From Dehalococcoidia bacterium (GTDB lineage: Bacteria; Chloroflexota; Dehalococcoidia; Bin125): 64,000 nucleotides of DNA. This document shows, one piece after another, positions 20,032 through 31,163 of this stretch. The stretch's first letter is position 1. Every line of letters begins with the position of its first letter. Both the position numbers and the translations under genes were made by a program. The stretch spans positions 32,001-96,000 of the forward strand of contig CAXXSR010000001.1 in assembly GCA_963662615.2 (NCBI GenBank), given 5' to 3'. The notes beneath the pieces were generated by a model, which saw only the letters and a list, made by a program, of their open reading frames with translations, did not search any database and was not told the origin of the DNA.

Positions 20032-20457
20032 GTGGCAGAGTCCCAAGGCTACGAGATCCTTGAGCACACGGCGGACGCGGGAATCATCGCGCGGGGCCGC
20101 ACGCTGGCGGCGGCCTTCGCCGGCGCCGCCGAGGGCATGTACGCACTGATGGTCGATCCAGAAACGGTGAGCGAGCGTGAGGAGCGCGAAGTCGTCGTGT
20201 CCGCCAGTGACCGCGAGTCTCTACTGGTGCAGTGGCTGCTCGAGTTGCTCTTCCTGACCGAGACTGAAGGCCTCCTCTTCCGGCGATTTGAGGTCTCCGT
20301 TGCGGGGGAGACATCGCTGAAGGCGCGCGCGTCTGGGGAGCGATTCAATGCCGACCGTCATCCCACGGGAGTGGCGGTGAAGGCGGTCACGCACCACCTG
20401 CTCTCAGTGGCTGAGTCGGACGGCGGCTACCGCGTTCAGGTCCTCTTCGACATTTAG
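20032..20457 (+). CDS. Archease
   Basis: YEILEHTAD, LLVQWLLELLF, VKAVTHH, VLFDI C-terminus. Confidence 0.93.
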   Translation: MAESQGYEILEHTADAGIIARGRTLAAAFAGAAEGMYALMVDPETVSEREEREVVVSASDRESLLVQWLLELLFLTETEGLLFRRFEVSVAGETSLKARASGERFNADRHPTGVAVKAVTHHLLSVAESDGGYRVQVLFDI

Positions 20458-20465
20458 GAGTCGCC

Positions 20466-21923
20466 ATGGCCGACTGGCGCCAGATCCTTCAACGCGTCGA
20501 CGAAGTTCGCTGGGAAGTGCCTGTGACCTACAAGGAAGGCATGCGGGTGCCCGCGCGCATCTACGCCAGCGAGGCCGTCTTGGACATCGTGGCGCAGGAC
20601 CAAGCCATTGACCAGGCGGCCAACGTCGCCTGCCTGCCCGGCCTGGAAGGGCGTTCGTTGGCGATGCCGGATATCCACTGGGGCTACGGCTTTCCCATTG
20701 GCGGCGTCGCGGCGATGCGCCTTGACGACGGCGTCATCTCGCCGGGCGGCGTGGGCTTCGACATTAACTGCGGCACCCGGCTGCTTGTCACCGCTCTGAC
20801 TGAGGCGGACGTCCGGCCGCGGCTCAACCAGCTGCTGGACCAGATCGTCCACGACGTTCCCGCCGGGCTCGGTGGAAAGAGCCGGGTCCCCGTGGGCCTG
20901 GATGACTTGGACGCGATCATGCGGCGTGGATCCGCCTGGATGGTCGAACACGGATACGGCCGTCCCGCCGATCTCGAGTTGACGGAGAGTCACGGCTGCC
21001 TCTCAGGGGCAGACCCAAGCAAAGTCAGCATGCGCGCGCGCCAGCGCGGGCACGTCCAGCTTGGCTCGTTGGGCTCAGGCAATCACTTTCTGGAGATCCA
21101 GGTGTTGGAGCGGATCTTCGATCCGACGGCCGCAAGCGCCTTCGGTCTGACCGGGCCCGGTCAGGTGCTCGTCTTCCTTCACACCGGCTCGCGGGGCTTT
21201 GGCCATCAGGTCTGCCAGGATTCTCTCGGCGTGATGGAGGGCGCCGCGCGAAGGTATGGCATCCAACTGCCCGACCGCCAGTTGGCCTGCGCGCCGCTCT
21301 CCTCGTCAGAGGGCCGGGACTATCTCGCTGCCATGGCCTGTGCGGCCAATTTCGCCTCGGCCAACCGACAGTGCATTACGGAGCTGGTGCGGCGGGCCTT
21401 CGTCAAGGTCATGGGGCGGAGCGAGGACGAACTCGGCCTGGACTTGCTCTACGACGTGGCACACAACATCGCGAAGATCGAGCAGCACCGCGTCAATGGT
21501 CGCGACGTGAAACTGTGTGTGCATCGGAAAGGGGCGACGCGGGCGTTTCCCGCGGGCCATGCCGAAGTGCCAAGGCAATACCGAGAAGTTGGTCAGCCCG
21601 TCTTGGTCCCGGGCGACATGGGTCGCTACTCGTATGTGGCCATTGGCCTTGCTGCGGCCATGGAAGAGACCTGGGGATCGGCCTGTCACGGCGCCGGCCG
21701 CGTGCAGAGTCGGCACGCGGCCAAGCGCATGCTGCGAGGCGTCGATCTCGTCAAGCGCCTGGAGGCAAAGGGAATCATGGTCCGCTGCCAGAACCGTGCC
21801 GCCCTGGCGGAGGAGGCGAGCGAGGCCTACAAGGACGTGGCGGAAGTGGTGGGGGTGCTGGAGCAGGCCGGCATCGCCCGCGCCGTGGCGCGGATGCGTC
21901 CCATCGGCGTCGTCAAAGGTTGA
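20466..21923 (+). CDS. rtcB: RNA-splicing/repair ligase RtcB
   Basis: MPDIHWGYGFPIGG, GFDINCG, GSGNHFLE, HTGSRG, HNIAK, HRKGAT, HGAGR, EAYKD. Confidence 0.96.
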   Translation: MADWRQILQRVDEVRWEVPVTYKEGMRVPARIYASEAVLDIVAQDQAIDQAANVACLPGLEGRSLAMPDIHWGYGFPIGGVAAMRLDDGVISPGGVGFDINCGTRLLVTALTEADVRPRLNQLLDQIVHDVPAGLGGKSRVPVGLDDLDAIMRRGSAWMVEHGYGRPADLELTESHGCLSGADPSKVSMRARQRGHVQLGSLGSGNHFLEIQVLERIFDPTAASAFGLTGPGQVLVFLHTGSRGFGHQVCQDSLGVMEGAARRYGIQLPDRQLACAPLSSSEGRDYLAAMACAANFASANRQCITELVRRAFVKVMGRSEDELGLDLLYDVAHNIAKIEQHRVNGRDVKLCVHRKGATRAFPAGHAEVPRQYREVGQPVLVPGDMGRYSYVAIGLAAAMEETWGSACHGAGRVQSRHAAKRMLRGVDLVKRLEAKGIMVRCQNRAALAEEASEAYKDVAEVVGVLEQAGIARAVARMRPIGVVKG

Positions 21924-22043
21924 GCGCACGGACATCCCCACGCGAATGGCGGCGGGCCACGGACGGGGCGGCAGATGCTCCGATCCAGGTGCCGCGCACT
22001 TCGGCCGTTCGACCATTCGTCCATAGCGGGTTCGCCTGCCGTC

Positions 22044-23216
22044 TTACGGCCCTTCGTCGTGCGGCTCGCGAATCGGGCGGGCGGGGAACGGCTCGTAGGG
22101 GAAGCGGGCGAGCGCGCTTTCGTCGAGGTCGATGCCAAGGCCGGGCGTGTCCGGCAGGGCGATGTACCCGTCGACCACCTCAAAGGGCGGGTCGGCGACC
22201 TCCCGCCCCCAGGCCTCCAAGTTCACGAAGTACTCCGTGATCAGAAAGTTCGGGATGGCGGCCGACACGTGCAGGGTCGCGGCCAGCCCCACCGTCGTGC
22301 TGTTGTAGTTGTGCGGCGCCACGGCGACGAAATACGGTTCGGCCATGGCGGCGATCTCCTTCAGCTCCAGGATGCCGCCCACGTTGCAGACGTCCGGGTT
22401 GATGATGTCCGCTGCCTGCTTTTCGAACACTTCGCGGAACTCAAACTTTGTGTAGAGCTCCTCGCCGGTGACGACGGGCAGCGATATCGCGCGGCGGACG
22501 GACGCCAGCGCGTCCACGTTCTCTGCCAGGACCGGCTCCTCGTACCAGAACGGCGCATAGGGCGCGATCCCCTCCGCAATGCGTACCGCGTGCATTGGCG
22601 CGAGCCGGCGATGCATCTCCACAAGCACGTCGATGTCCGGGCCTACGGCCTCACGCACCACTCGCACCCGCTCAATCGCTTCCCGCTCCTGCTCCCTGCT
22701 GATGTATGTCCGCCAGGGACCCGGCACGGGATCGAACTTCATCGCGGTAAAGCCCCGGGCCACCATCTCCCGCGCGCGCTCGGCCAGCTCCTCGTGGCTT
22801 CGTGACCGCGCCCAGCCGTTGGCGTACACACGCAGGCGATCGCGGCAGGCGCCGCCCAAGAGCGCATGCACCGGCGCTCCCAACCGCTTGCCGGCGATGT
22901 CCCACAGCGCCTGCTCGATCCCGCTCACAGCGCTGTAGTAATCCATCGCGCCACGCCGCCCTATGAAGTCGTCATAGGCGGAGGTGGTGAAGTGCTTGAT
23001 GTGCGAGGCATCGCGGCCGACGACGTACCGCTTCAGCTGCTCCACGTGCGCCGCGATCTGGGTGTCGCGATCCGCCTGCGTGTAGCACTCGCCCCAGCCA
23101 TGCAGTCCGTCCTCTGTCTCCACGCGCACGAACAGGAGGTTCTTCTCCGCCGACGCCGCCAAACGCCCGGATCGGGACGGATGCACGAGGTAGTGGCGGA
23201 CATTCGCGATCTTCAT
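22044..23216 (-). CDS. Mandelate racemase/muconate lactonizing enzyme family (galactonate dehydratase-like)
   Basis: GWGEC, SGIEQALWDIAGK, YANGW, KFDP, WYEEP, TGEE, APHN. Confidence 0.9.
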   Translation of the reverse strand: MKIANVRHYLVHPSRSGRLAASAEKNLLFVRVETEDGLHGWGECYTQADRDTQIAAHVEQLKRYVVGRDASHIKHFTTSAYDDFIGRRGAMDYYSAVSGIEQALWDIAGKRLGAPVHALLGGACRDRLRVYANGWARSRSHEELAERAREMVARGFTAMKFDPVPGPWRTYISREQEREAIERVRVVREAVGPDIDVLVEMHRRLAPMHAVRIAEGIAPYAPFWYEEPVLAENVDALASVRRAISLPVVTGEELYTKFEFREVFEKQAADIINPDVCNVGGILELKEIAAMAEPYFVAVAPHNYNSTTVGLAATLHVSAAIPNFLITEYFVNLEAWGREVADPPFEVVDGYIALPDTPGLGIDLDESALARFPYEPFPARPIREPHDEGP

Positions 23217-23456
23217 GGCTGCCCGTTTTTCCTTCTCAGAACGGGGTCGTAGGCTGGGACGGAGCGCCCCTCCGAAGTCGATACGGGGCGGCCCGATTGC
23301 CACAGTCTCGCACCGCTCGGCGTTGCAGAACAAGAGGCTCCGCCCTCCCCCTTCGCGCCGCCGGCGCTGTCTGAATTGACTAGAGCGCGACCAACCCGCG
23401 CCGCGTCGCGATGGCGACGTCCCTCAGGGATTCGAACCCTGGACGTGCCTTGAATC

Positions 23457-23568
23457 GAACTCTATGCCGGACAGCCCCGTTCGACATTGGATCGGACATG
23501 CGGTCCCGCACAGGCCCTCTGCTCCAAAGTCCGGTTCTACATCGGATAGACCTGTCCGACATGGAGTC
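23457..23568. repeat. Two degenerate copies of the 38-bp palindromic repeat
   Basis: gaactctatgccggacag-cc-ccgttcgacattggatc (23457) and ggttctacatcggatag-ac-ctgtccgacatggagtc (23533). Confidence 0.75.
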
Positions 23569-23701
23569 AGACTTTGCGATGAGCCAGTTGCGGCCGCACT
23601 CTTCGGCCCTGATCGAATCAGGCTCCGCGTCATTGTGTCGGCGCGCCCCGCGCTCTGCCAACTAGGTGCCGCGGGCCTACGACAGCGATCCAACGGCGGC
23701 G

Positions 23702-24550
23702 CTAGCGACTCGGCGTCCACGAGTAGATACGCGCGAGGCTGCCCCCCATGAGGGCTGCTCGCTCTGACTCCGTGAGCTGGTCGGTGACGCGGAACGCTTC
23801 GATACCCTGCTCATAGGTCAACAACTCGACCGCGCGGGTCCAGTCGGTGCCCCACATGCAGCGCTCAAACCCGAATGCCCGAAAGACCTGGCCCAGCGGC
23901 TCCCAGATGTCGTTGTAAGGGAACGGCTCATGCGACAGGGTGCACGCCCCCGACACCTTGATTGCGACGTTGTTGAGCTCCGCCAGCGCAACGACGTCGG
24001 GCAGGTCGGCAAACGGTTGCTCGGGTGGCGGCGGTTGGAAGGGCTGGGCGAGGCCCAGATGGTCGATCACGATCTGGGTGGTGGGATGGCGCCGCGCGAG
24101 CGCGGCGATCAGGTCGAGCTTCCGCCAGCACATCACGTTGATCGGGAGGTCGTTCGCCGCACCGGCGGCCAGGATCTGATTGAGTCCGGGGTGGTCGGCC
24201 GACAGGTCCCCGTCCGAAACCCTGTCGCTCAAAAAGATGCGTGCCCCGACGACCCCGGGCGTTGCCGCCCAACGGGCAACTTCGTCGCCGACGTCGGGGG
24301 CGCTGGGGTCGAAGGGCTTGATCAAGCCGAAGCGCCCGGGATATCGGGCGTGCACTTCGAGCACGCAGCTCGCGTCGTAGCGGTACATGCTGTAGGGGGA
24401 GACCAGGAGCGCGCCGTCGATGCCGACGGCATCCATCGCCGCGACCATGTCGTCACCGGTCACTTCGGCGGGGCCGACCAGCGTCCCGGCCCAGGGTCGC
24501 TCGGGTCGGTTGCGCTCGTAGGCGTGAACCTGACAGTCGATCGTGAGCAT
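23702..24550 (-). CDS. Amidohydrolase family 2 protein
   Basis: IDCQVH, VIDHLG, IKVSG, CMWGTDWT. Confidence 0.88.
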   Translation of the reverse strand: MLTIDCQVHAYERNRPERPWAGTLVGPAEVTGDDMVAAMDAVGIDGALLVSPYSMYRYDASCVLEVHARYPGRFGLIKPFDPSAPDVGDEVARWAATPGVVGARIFLSDRVSDGDLSADHPGLNQILAAGAANDLPINVMCWRKLDLIAALARRHPTTQIVIDHLGLAQPFQPPPPEQPFADLPDVVALAELNNVAIKVSGACTLSHEPFPYNDIWEPLGQVFRAFGFERCMWGTDWTRAVELLTYEQGIEAFRVTDQLTESERAALMGGSLARIYSWTPSR

Positions 24551-24769
24551 GTGTAATTCCTTTGCGTGGTCGCCGGGGCCGGGGTCGCTACTGACGTGCA
24601 CCCAAGCACCCGATCGCGAACGGGGCGCAGCCTCACCCGATCTGTCTCATGAAGGCGAGCGCGGCCGTGTAGCGTAATCGCTCCGCGCTGCGCACACGGT
24701 ACCTCCAACTCGCGGTCTTGGTGCAGGTGCGGAGAGAATACCGCCCCTACGGCTCAATCGAGGGAGGCG

Positions 24770-25274
24770 GCGGCGGGCTCAAGGAGGAGTTCGATGCGCT
24801 CGGCGCATCGTTTGCGGATCGCGGCCGACGCGCCGACGAATACGTCGCGGCGATGCGGGAGCTCTGGTCTTCCGACGCGCCCAGTTTTCACGGCGAGTTC
24901 GTGCAGTTCGAGGAGGCAGATTGCCGGCGCCAGCCGGTCGATCGATCGGTGCCGATTATCGTCGGTGGCGATACGAAACGCGCGGCGCGACGGGCGGGGC
25001 GGTTGGTGACGGATACTTTCCCGCCAGAGGATCGCAGATTGAGCTCATCGACCTCGTTAAAGGAACGGCCACGAAGCATCAGCGTGATCCCGATGCGTTC
25101 GCGATTACGACGAGTCTGCCCGACGATATTGACGAAATCCCAATGCTCGCCGCGGCCGGGATCCACCGGCTCGCGGTTCCCGTCTCGGCGGGCGCCGGAC
25201 TGCGTGCCGTCGTCTTGTCGGTCGATGATGTGCTGGCGTTTCGCGACACAATTGAGCGCTTCGCCGAGACCTAG
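24770..25274 (+). pseudogene. 5'-truncated, frameshifted LLM F420-dependent oxidoreductase
   Basis: LKEEFDALG..F..RGRRADEY, PIIVGG..AARRAG, then a frame change into GDGYFP. Confidence 0.78.
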
Positions 25275-25333
25275 GCGGCCGGCCACGGCTGCGCCTGCGC
25301 ATCGCCGAACCACGCTGCCACGCCCAGCGATGC

Positions 25334-26299
25334 TCAATACCACTTGGCTTTGTCCACCACGTTGATGAACTCTCGGCCGTCGACCAGTCGGCGCGCGTTT
25401 TCCACAATGATGGCGAAACGGCGTTCGGAGATGTCCTCGGCACCCGCCACGATGGCGATATGGGGCGTAATCAATACGTTTTCCATCTGCCAGAGGCGAT
25501 GGCCCTCCGGCAGCGGCTCGATCTCGAACACATCCAGTCCGGCACCGGCGATCTCACCCTTCTCGAGCGCATCGACAAGATCGTCGAGTTTCGCGGTCAT
25601 ACCGCGCCCAACGTTAATGAAGTACGCCGTGCGCTTCATCGCCAGGAATCGCGGTGCATCCCACATCCCTTCGGTCTCGGGCGTGTGCGGCGCCGTTGTG
25701 ACAACGAAATCTGCCTCTGGCAAACGACGATCGAGCTGGTCTGGTGCCACGATCCAGGCTGGGGAATCCCGCTCTGGCCTTGGATCGACCCCGATAACGC
25801 GCGCGTTCAGGGCGGCGCAGATCCGCGCCGTTTCCGCTCCGATGCCACCGACGCCGTTGATGAGGACCGTGGAACCGGAGAGGCTCACGTATCCCCGCTT
25901 GTGTGCCTGTTGGTCCCAGCGGCCCTCGGTTTGGGCCGCGCTCCAATACGGCAGGCCACGCGACAAGGCCAGCATGAACATGAGGATGTGCTGCGCGATG
26001 TGATCGGAGTAGATCCCGCGCGGGTTGCACACGGTAACCGGGTGATCGGTCAGTGCTGGATAGAAATAGCCGGGCGCGGGTCCCGCGGCCGGACTCTGCA
26101 ACAGGCGCAGGCGCTCGACGGTGGGGAGGACGGTCGGCGGCAGCCGGCCGTAGGCGCCATCGGCGTCGACGAGTTCCCGGGCGGCAACAGCGTCATCGTC
26201 CGCGACGATCACCTCGAGCCGCGGGACGGCATCGGCGAGACGTTGCGCCCACTGCCGCATCAAGTCGTCGACCGGCGGCAAGAAGACATACTTGGGCAT
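25334..26299 (-). CDS. D-2-hydroxyacid dehydrogenase
   Basis: GVGGIG, PHTPETEG, FINVGRG, GAGLDVFEIEPLP, ITPH. Confidence 0.92.
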   Translation of the reverse strand: MPKYVFLPPVDDLMRQWAQRLADAVPRLEVIVADDDAVAARELVDADGAYGRLPPTVLPTVERLRLLQSPAAGPAPGYFYPALTDHPVTVCNPRGIYSDHIAQHILMFMLALSRGLPYWSAAQTEGRWDQQAHKRGYVSLSGSTVLINGVGGIGAETARICAALNARVIGVDPRPERDSPAWIVAPDQLDRRLPEADFVVTTAPHTPETEGMWDAPRFLAMKRTAYFINVGRGMTAKLDDLVDALEKGEIAGAGLDVFEIEPLPEGHRLWQMENVLITPHIAIVAGAEDISERRFAIIVENARRLVDGREFINVVDKAKWY

Positions 26300-26469
26300 G
26301 GTAATTCTCCCGAACGCGGATCATTGACCGTCTGGGCATCATCGTTGGGGAATCCTGGCTTGTCCAGAGTTCGGCCTGCGACGATGAATGCCGACCGGGG
26401 AGTGGAGGCACGGGACGGCCGGCCGTAGAGGAGGCTGGCTGAGCGCCAGGAAGGCGGCGCTGGCACGCG

Positions 26470-26660
26470 ACGATATCTTCTTCGCTTTCACGGCCAAGGG
26501 CACGGTCGAACACATCGAGCAACTCTTCCGTACGGCCAAGGATCGTGGCTACGACGTCTTCATCTCCCCCCACTACTACTACCCCACCGACTACGGCTGG
26601 AGATTCGGCGGCACCGTCGCGAACCGAGTTCGGCTTGCAGAGCCGGAACCCTGCGTATAG
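26470..26660 (+). pseudogene. Internal fragment of a cysteine hydrolase/isochorismatase family gene
   Basis: TVEHIEQLFRTAK..G..VFISPHYYYPTD..W.FGG with neither family N- nor C-terminus. Confidence 0.55.
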
Positions 26661-26699
26661 CATCGGGCTCCGGAAAGACGAGCCTAGGAGGGGGAACCG

Positions 26700-27359
26700 A
26701 TGTCTCTACGAATCAACGACGTAGCGCCGGACTTCACGGCAGAGACGACCGAGGGAACGATCAGCTTCCACGACTGGATTGGTGACGGCTGGGCGATGCT
26801 CTTCTCGCATCCGAAGGACTTCACGCCGGTGTGCACCACCGAACTCGGGGCGGTTGCGGGCCTCAAGCCCGAGTTCGAGAAGCGCAACTGTAAGATCATC
26901 GGCATCAGCGTGGACAGGGTGAGCGATCACGAAGCGTGGTCGCAGGACATTGCGGACTCGCAGGGGCACGCGCTCAACTATCCGCTGATCGGCGATCCGA
27001 GCTTGGAGGTCGTCAAGCTCTTCGACATGTTGCCGGCGGATGCGGGGGACACCTCGGAGGGGCGCACGGCGGCTGACAACGCGACCGCGCGGTCCGTGTT
27101 CATCATCGGCCCCGACAAGCGGATCAAGTCGACGTTGACGTATCCGATGACCACGGGCCGCAACTTCGCCGAGATCCTGCGGCTGCTCGATTCGATCCAG
27201 CTCACGGCGCGAGAGCAGGTCGCCACGCCGGCGAACTGGGAGCAGGGTGACGACGTGATCATCGTGCCCTCCGTGTCCGATGCGGCCGCTGCCGAGAAGT
27301 ATCCGGGTGGGTGGAAGTCGCCCCTCTCCTATCTCAGACTGGTCAAACAACCAGATTAG
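26700..27359 (+). CDS. 1-Cys peroxiredoxin (Prx6 class)
   Basis: FSHPKDFTPVCTTE, YPMTTGRNF, TPANW; GGAGG RBS. Confidence 0.94.
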   Translation: MSLRINDVAPDFTAETTEGTISFHDWIGDGWAMLFSHPKDFTPVCTTELGAVAGLKPEFEKRNCKIIGISVDRVSDHEAWSQDIADSQGHALNYPLIGDPSLEVVKLFDMLPADAGDTSEGRTAADNATARSVFIIGPDKRIKSTLTYPMTTGRNFAEILRLLDSIQLTAREQVATPANWEQGDDVIIVPSVSDAAAAEKYPGGWKSPLSYLRLVKQPD

Positions 27360-27511
27360 GGAAGCGACGGCGAGCGCTGGTTTGAAGTCCCCGAATCGCG
27401 CAGGCGGCGCGGTCGGTCAGCGACGATCGGACTCGCTGTCGGTACCGACTACGGCCCGTGACCGGCTAAACCTTCCGCAGAACCGCTCTGTATTGCGCGC
27501 GACCGGCGACG

Positions 27512-28636
27512 TGTGGTGTTTCAAAACCCCATCACGCCGCCTCCCAGAAGTACTCATGACGTAAGCTGCCGAGAATCGGCCGGCTTGTCAGGCGCTACGC
27601 CCCGCCGCGTCGCGCCGGCGGCCGCGGACCGGTGGGCGGTTCGTCGCCAAGAAACTGGTGTGGACGGGTGTCGTTGTAGGAGGAGACGTACTCGCGGAGC
27701 ACGCGCCGGAGATGCCGTTCCGTCAGCACGATGACATGGTCCAGACATTCCCGCCGCAGCGTGCCGATCACCCGCTCCGCGATGGCGTTGGCCTTGGGGG
27801 CTCGCACTGGGGTCAAGACCGTTGCGATCCCCAGTGCCGCCGCTCGTGGCACGAAGTCGCCACCGTAGTTCCGATCCCGGTCGCGGATCAGAAAGCGCGG
27901 ATGCCGATTCCACGGCGTGGCGGCGATGATCTGCCGCCAGACCCAAGGGGCCGTAGGGTGCGCGGTCACGTTCCAATGCATGATGCGCCGGCGGTCGTGA
28001 CTGATCAGGAAGAAGACATGACGGTCTTGAACGTGAGCGTCTGCACGGTGAAGAAGTCCGCCGCCCAGATCTCCGGCGCATGGAGCCGGAGGAAGGTGCG
28101 CCAGGTGGGCGACGGTGCCGGCGTGGTCCCGCGATAGCGATACACTGTGGCGGCACTCACTGAGTGCCCCAGCACGGCCAATTCGGCCACGATGCGGCGC
28201 ACGCCCCACGTGGGGTTCTCGACTGCCAGCCGATCAATAAGGGAGCGCGTCTCGAGACCGATCCGCGCCCGGCCTGGCCGCCCGCCCCGACTCTTCCAGC
28301 GCCAATATCGGCGCCAGGCAAACCGGTGCCACCCGATCACGGTCGCCGGTTGGACGAGGTGCAGATGCACACGCCACGCGACCCAGTGCCGAGCCGTGAC
28401 CGACCAGAACCGGCGGTCGCGGGTCTGGAGCCGCGGTCGACGTCCGGACCGTTCCCAGACCGCCAGCTGCTGCCGGAGAATCAGATTCTCCAGGATCAGA
28501 TCGCGGCGCCGGCGGCCAAGAATCCCCAGCCCGATTAGAAAGAGTCGCCAATAGATCCACATCGCCCTACCTCCGATGGCGAGGTTCTAGGCCGGACGCC
28601 ACTCGATCAAGCCAGACCGAGTTTTGAAACACCACA
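27512..28636 (-). mobile_element. IS481/IS3-like insertion sequence with a frameshifted integrase-core transposase
   Basis: Terminal inverted repeats TGTGGTGTTTCAAAAC at 27512 and 28621-28636; ENLILRQQL, ADFFTV, IRDRD, AERVIGTLRRECLDH split over two frames near 28020. Confidence 0.9.
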
Positions 28637-28638
28637 CG

Positions 28639-28720
28639 CACCGCTTCCGGCACACCTTCGCGACCTGGGCGATCGAGAACCACGCCCGCGATCTGGACGT
28701 GCAGTACCTGCTCGCCACCA
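28639..28720 (+). pseudogene. Tyrosine recombinase 3' remnant (copy 1)
   Basis: HRFRHTFATWAIENHARDLDVQYLL directly abutting the IS end. Confidence 0.8.
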
Positions 28721-28802
28721 AGGACGCTGCCGGCTGATCTTCGGCTTCCCAAGCAGGTGCCCAAGCTATGAACGCCAGCGCGTCGTCACTCCCGCGCGCT
28801 GG

Positions 28803-30035
28803 CTACCGGGCGCTGTTGTCGGCGCCGTATAGGTAGAGTTCCTCACCGGCGAGTGTGGCCTTGGTCCAGGCGTCGAAATCGTCGGGGCTCATGGTCCCCC
28901 AATCCGGCGTCTGTTCCACCTGCGCGCGCCCGATTCGCCGGCCCATCGCGACGAGGGCGGTTCCGGCCGCCGCCCGCTCCGCGTCGTATGCCGCGAGGAG
29001 AGACTCCCAGTCGCGATGCTCACCTGCCAGTCGTTCCAGGGTCAGCGCGTCCTGGAAGGCCTTGGTGGCGCCACTGGCGGTGTGGGGCCGAGTCACGGTG
29101 CCGGCGTCACCGATGAGCATCACTCTGCCGTGGACGTAGGTGTCGACGGCCTCGTCGTAGATCGGCTGGATCGACACCTCCGCGGGCGGACTCGCTCGCA
29201 CCAGTGCCTGCAGTTCGGCGGGGAAGTGATCGGACAGGATCCGGTCGAGATGCCCGTAGAGAGCGTCGTCCACCTGGCCGGGCGGCAGGGAGGAGGGCTC
29301 GCTGAAGTCGAGCCCGGCGGGTTGGGGCGCGTAGATGGCCCAGTTGACCCGGCGATGGCTGGGATCGGATCGATCGTCGAAGTTCGGGATCATGTAGAGG
29401 ATGCCGTGGCCGCCGGCGAAACACACGGTGTACCACGCGGCGGCCGGATCGGCCCGCTCAATGGCGGCCCGGTCCTCGAGCCGAGACTCGGGGTAGTTGC
29501 CCCGCCACAGGACGTACCCCGCGTAGCTGGGCCGCGAGTCAGGGTGGAGCTGCTGTCGCACCGTCGAGCGGTATCCGTCGGCGCCGACCAGGACGTCGAA
29601 CGACTGGACTGTGCCGTCGGAGAAGGTGGCGGTCACTCCGTCGGGCCGAGGCTCGAGCGCCACGAGCGTCATGCCGTCGTGGTAGATCGCATCGTCGACG
29701 TGGCGACGCAGCGATCGCCAGAGGACGCCCCAGTTGTTCATTACGGCGTGCCCGGGCTGACGCCACAGCCGTCGTCCCGCGGGGGTGCCGTCGGCGAGGA
29801 TCCACCAGCGCTCCCGTATTCGACACGACGGGTAGCCCGATGCCAGATAGCCGGCTTCCACGAGCTGGTCGCGAAGAGGGATTGGGATAATGATCCCTGA
29901 GCCGCGGTCCCGCAGCATCCCGCTCGAGCGTTCGAAGACCTCGACGTCGCAATCGGCCCGCTGCAACGCCAGCGTTGCCGCGCATCCGGCGATGCTGCCG
30001 CCGATCACCGCGACTCGGCTGCCCGTGACCTCCAT
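28803..30035 (-). CDS. FAD-dependent monooxygenase (2,6-dihydroxypyridine hydroxylase-like)
   Basis: VIGGSIAG, VGADGYRS, YAGYVLWRG, LIGDAG, RPHTASG. Confidence 0.88.
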   Translation of the reverse strand: MEVTGSRVAVIGGSIAGCAATLALQRADCDVEVFERSSGMLRDRGSGIIIPIPLRDQLVEAGYLASGYPSCRIRERWWILADGTPAGRRLWRQPGHAVMNNWGVLWRSLRRHVDDAIYHDGMTLVALEPRPDGVTATFSDGTVQSFDVLVGADGYRSTVRQQLHPDSRPSYAGYVLWRGNYPESRLEDRAAIERADPAAAWYTVCFAGGHGILYMIPNFDDRSDPSHRRVNWAIYAPQPAGLDFSEPSSLPPGQVDDALYGHLDRILSDHFPAELQALVRASPPAEVSIQPIYDEAVDTYVHGRVMLIGDAGTVTRPHTASGATKAFQDALTLERLAGEHRDWESLLAAYDAERAAAGTALVAMGRRIGRAQVEQTPDWGTMSPDDFDAWTKATLAGEELYLYGADNSAR

Positions 30036-30388
30036 CGCTGTCCCGTCGGTTCGTCTACGCCGTACCCTTATCCAAAGTGGGCCCACCGCGATCGACGCGG
30101 CCAAGCCGCCTTCCTCAGCACCGCGGTTCTAGGCTCTTTTTGAGAGCGATCCTAGGTAGGCTTGAATTTTGCACGCGCCTGTCCGACATAGATTTCGACA
30201 CGCGGTCGCTGTTCCCCCATCATCTCATTTCTCCGCACTTGGTTCTCGCAGGCACACGCCGAGTCCGATGCGGAAGAGGCTCGCCTGTGCCGGCCCAAAT
30301 TCCCATCCGGGTAACCGATGACCGCCGGGCGCGGACTCCGACCCGGATTTAGACCGCAAGATCTGAACAGATGTAGTAATATTGCCCC

Positions 30389-30410
30389 TGTGGTGTCTCA
30401 AAACCCCATC
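30389..30410 (+). mobile_element. Solo IS terminal inverted repeat
   Basis: TGTGGTGTCTCAAAACCCCATC; one mismatch to the 27512 end; exact reverse complement of 58408-58429. Confidence 0.8.
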
Positions 30411-30560
30411 CCCATCCGGTAGCGTGCGCGTCGGCTGACCACGGTTGGAATTGAGGGAGACCACAGCCCCTCGACGCGGCTCACCGATCGAGTAGCGCCC
30501 CATTGCCGCCAGCCCCTACCAGCCGGGCTCGAGATCGAGCCAGCGCACCCGCGGGCCGGC

Positions 30561-30776
30561 GTGCACGCCAACCCCCATCGCTTCCGGCACACCTTCGCGA
30601 CCTGGGCGATCGAGAACCATGCCCGCGAGCTCGACGTGCAGTACCTGCTCGGCCACTCGACCGCGGCGATGGTGCGGCGCTATTCCGCCACCTACGATGC
30701 CGCGAAGGCGGCGGATGCGCATGCGGCATTCAGTCCGGCCGCGCGGCTCCTCGCAGGTGGGAACGCTGCCGGTTGA
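30561..30776 (+). pseudogene. Tyrosine recombinase 3' remnant (copy 2)
   Basis: PHRFRHTFA (HxxR), LLGHS, VRRY (catalytic Tyr), ending AAKAADAHAAFSP; no N-terminal part. Confidence 0.88.
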
Positions 30777-30802
30777 TCCCCTGCTCTCCAAGCAGAAGGT
30801 CG

Positions 30803-30930
30803 CGATCGAGAACACGGTTGCGAGCTGGACGTTCAGTACCTTCTGGGCCACTCCACCTCGGCGTTGGTCGGCGGTACTCCCTGACCGACGCCGCCGCCAA
30901 GGCCGCCGAAGCGCACAGCGCCTTCGACAC
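30803..30930 (+). pseudogene. Tyrosine recombinase 3' remnant (copy 3, degraded)
   Basis: gcgatcgagaac...gagctggacgttcagtaccttctgggccactccacc...gccaaggccgccgaagcgcac parallels copy 2, with indels. Confidence 0.78.
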
Positions 30931-31163
30931 AAGGGCGGGGCCGGCATGAGAGCCGTCGGTTGCGGAACGGTGTGACACGTAGCGACTGGCACTTGCCGGC
31001 TGGCGCGTCTACGATAACCACGTCGAAACGTGACAACCTCGGGGCTTGAGAAGTCTCCCACCAAGTCTCGCGCGACGTAATCACTAGCGAACCCCTTGAA
31101 CTTTGTTGGGGCTGCCCGGGCTGACTGGGTACGTCCAGCAGCGATTATCCGGAGAGATTCTTC

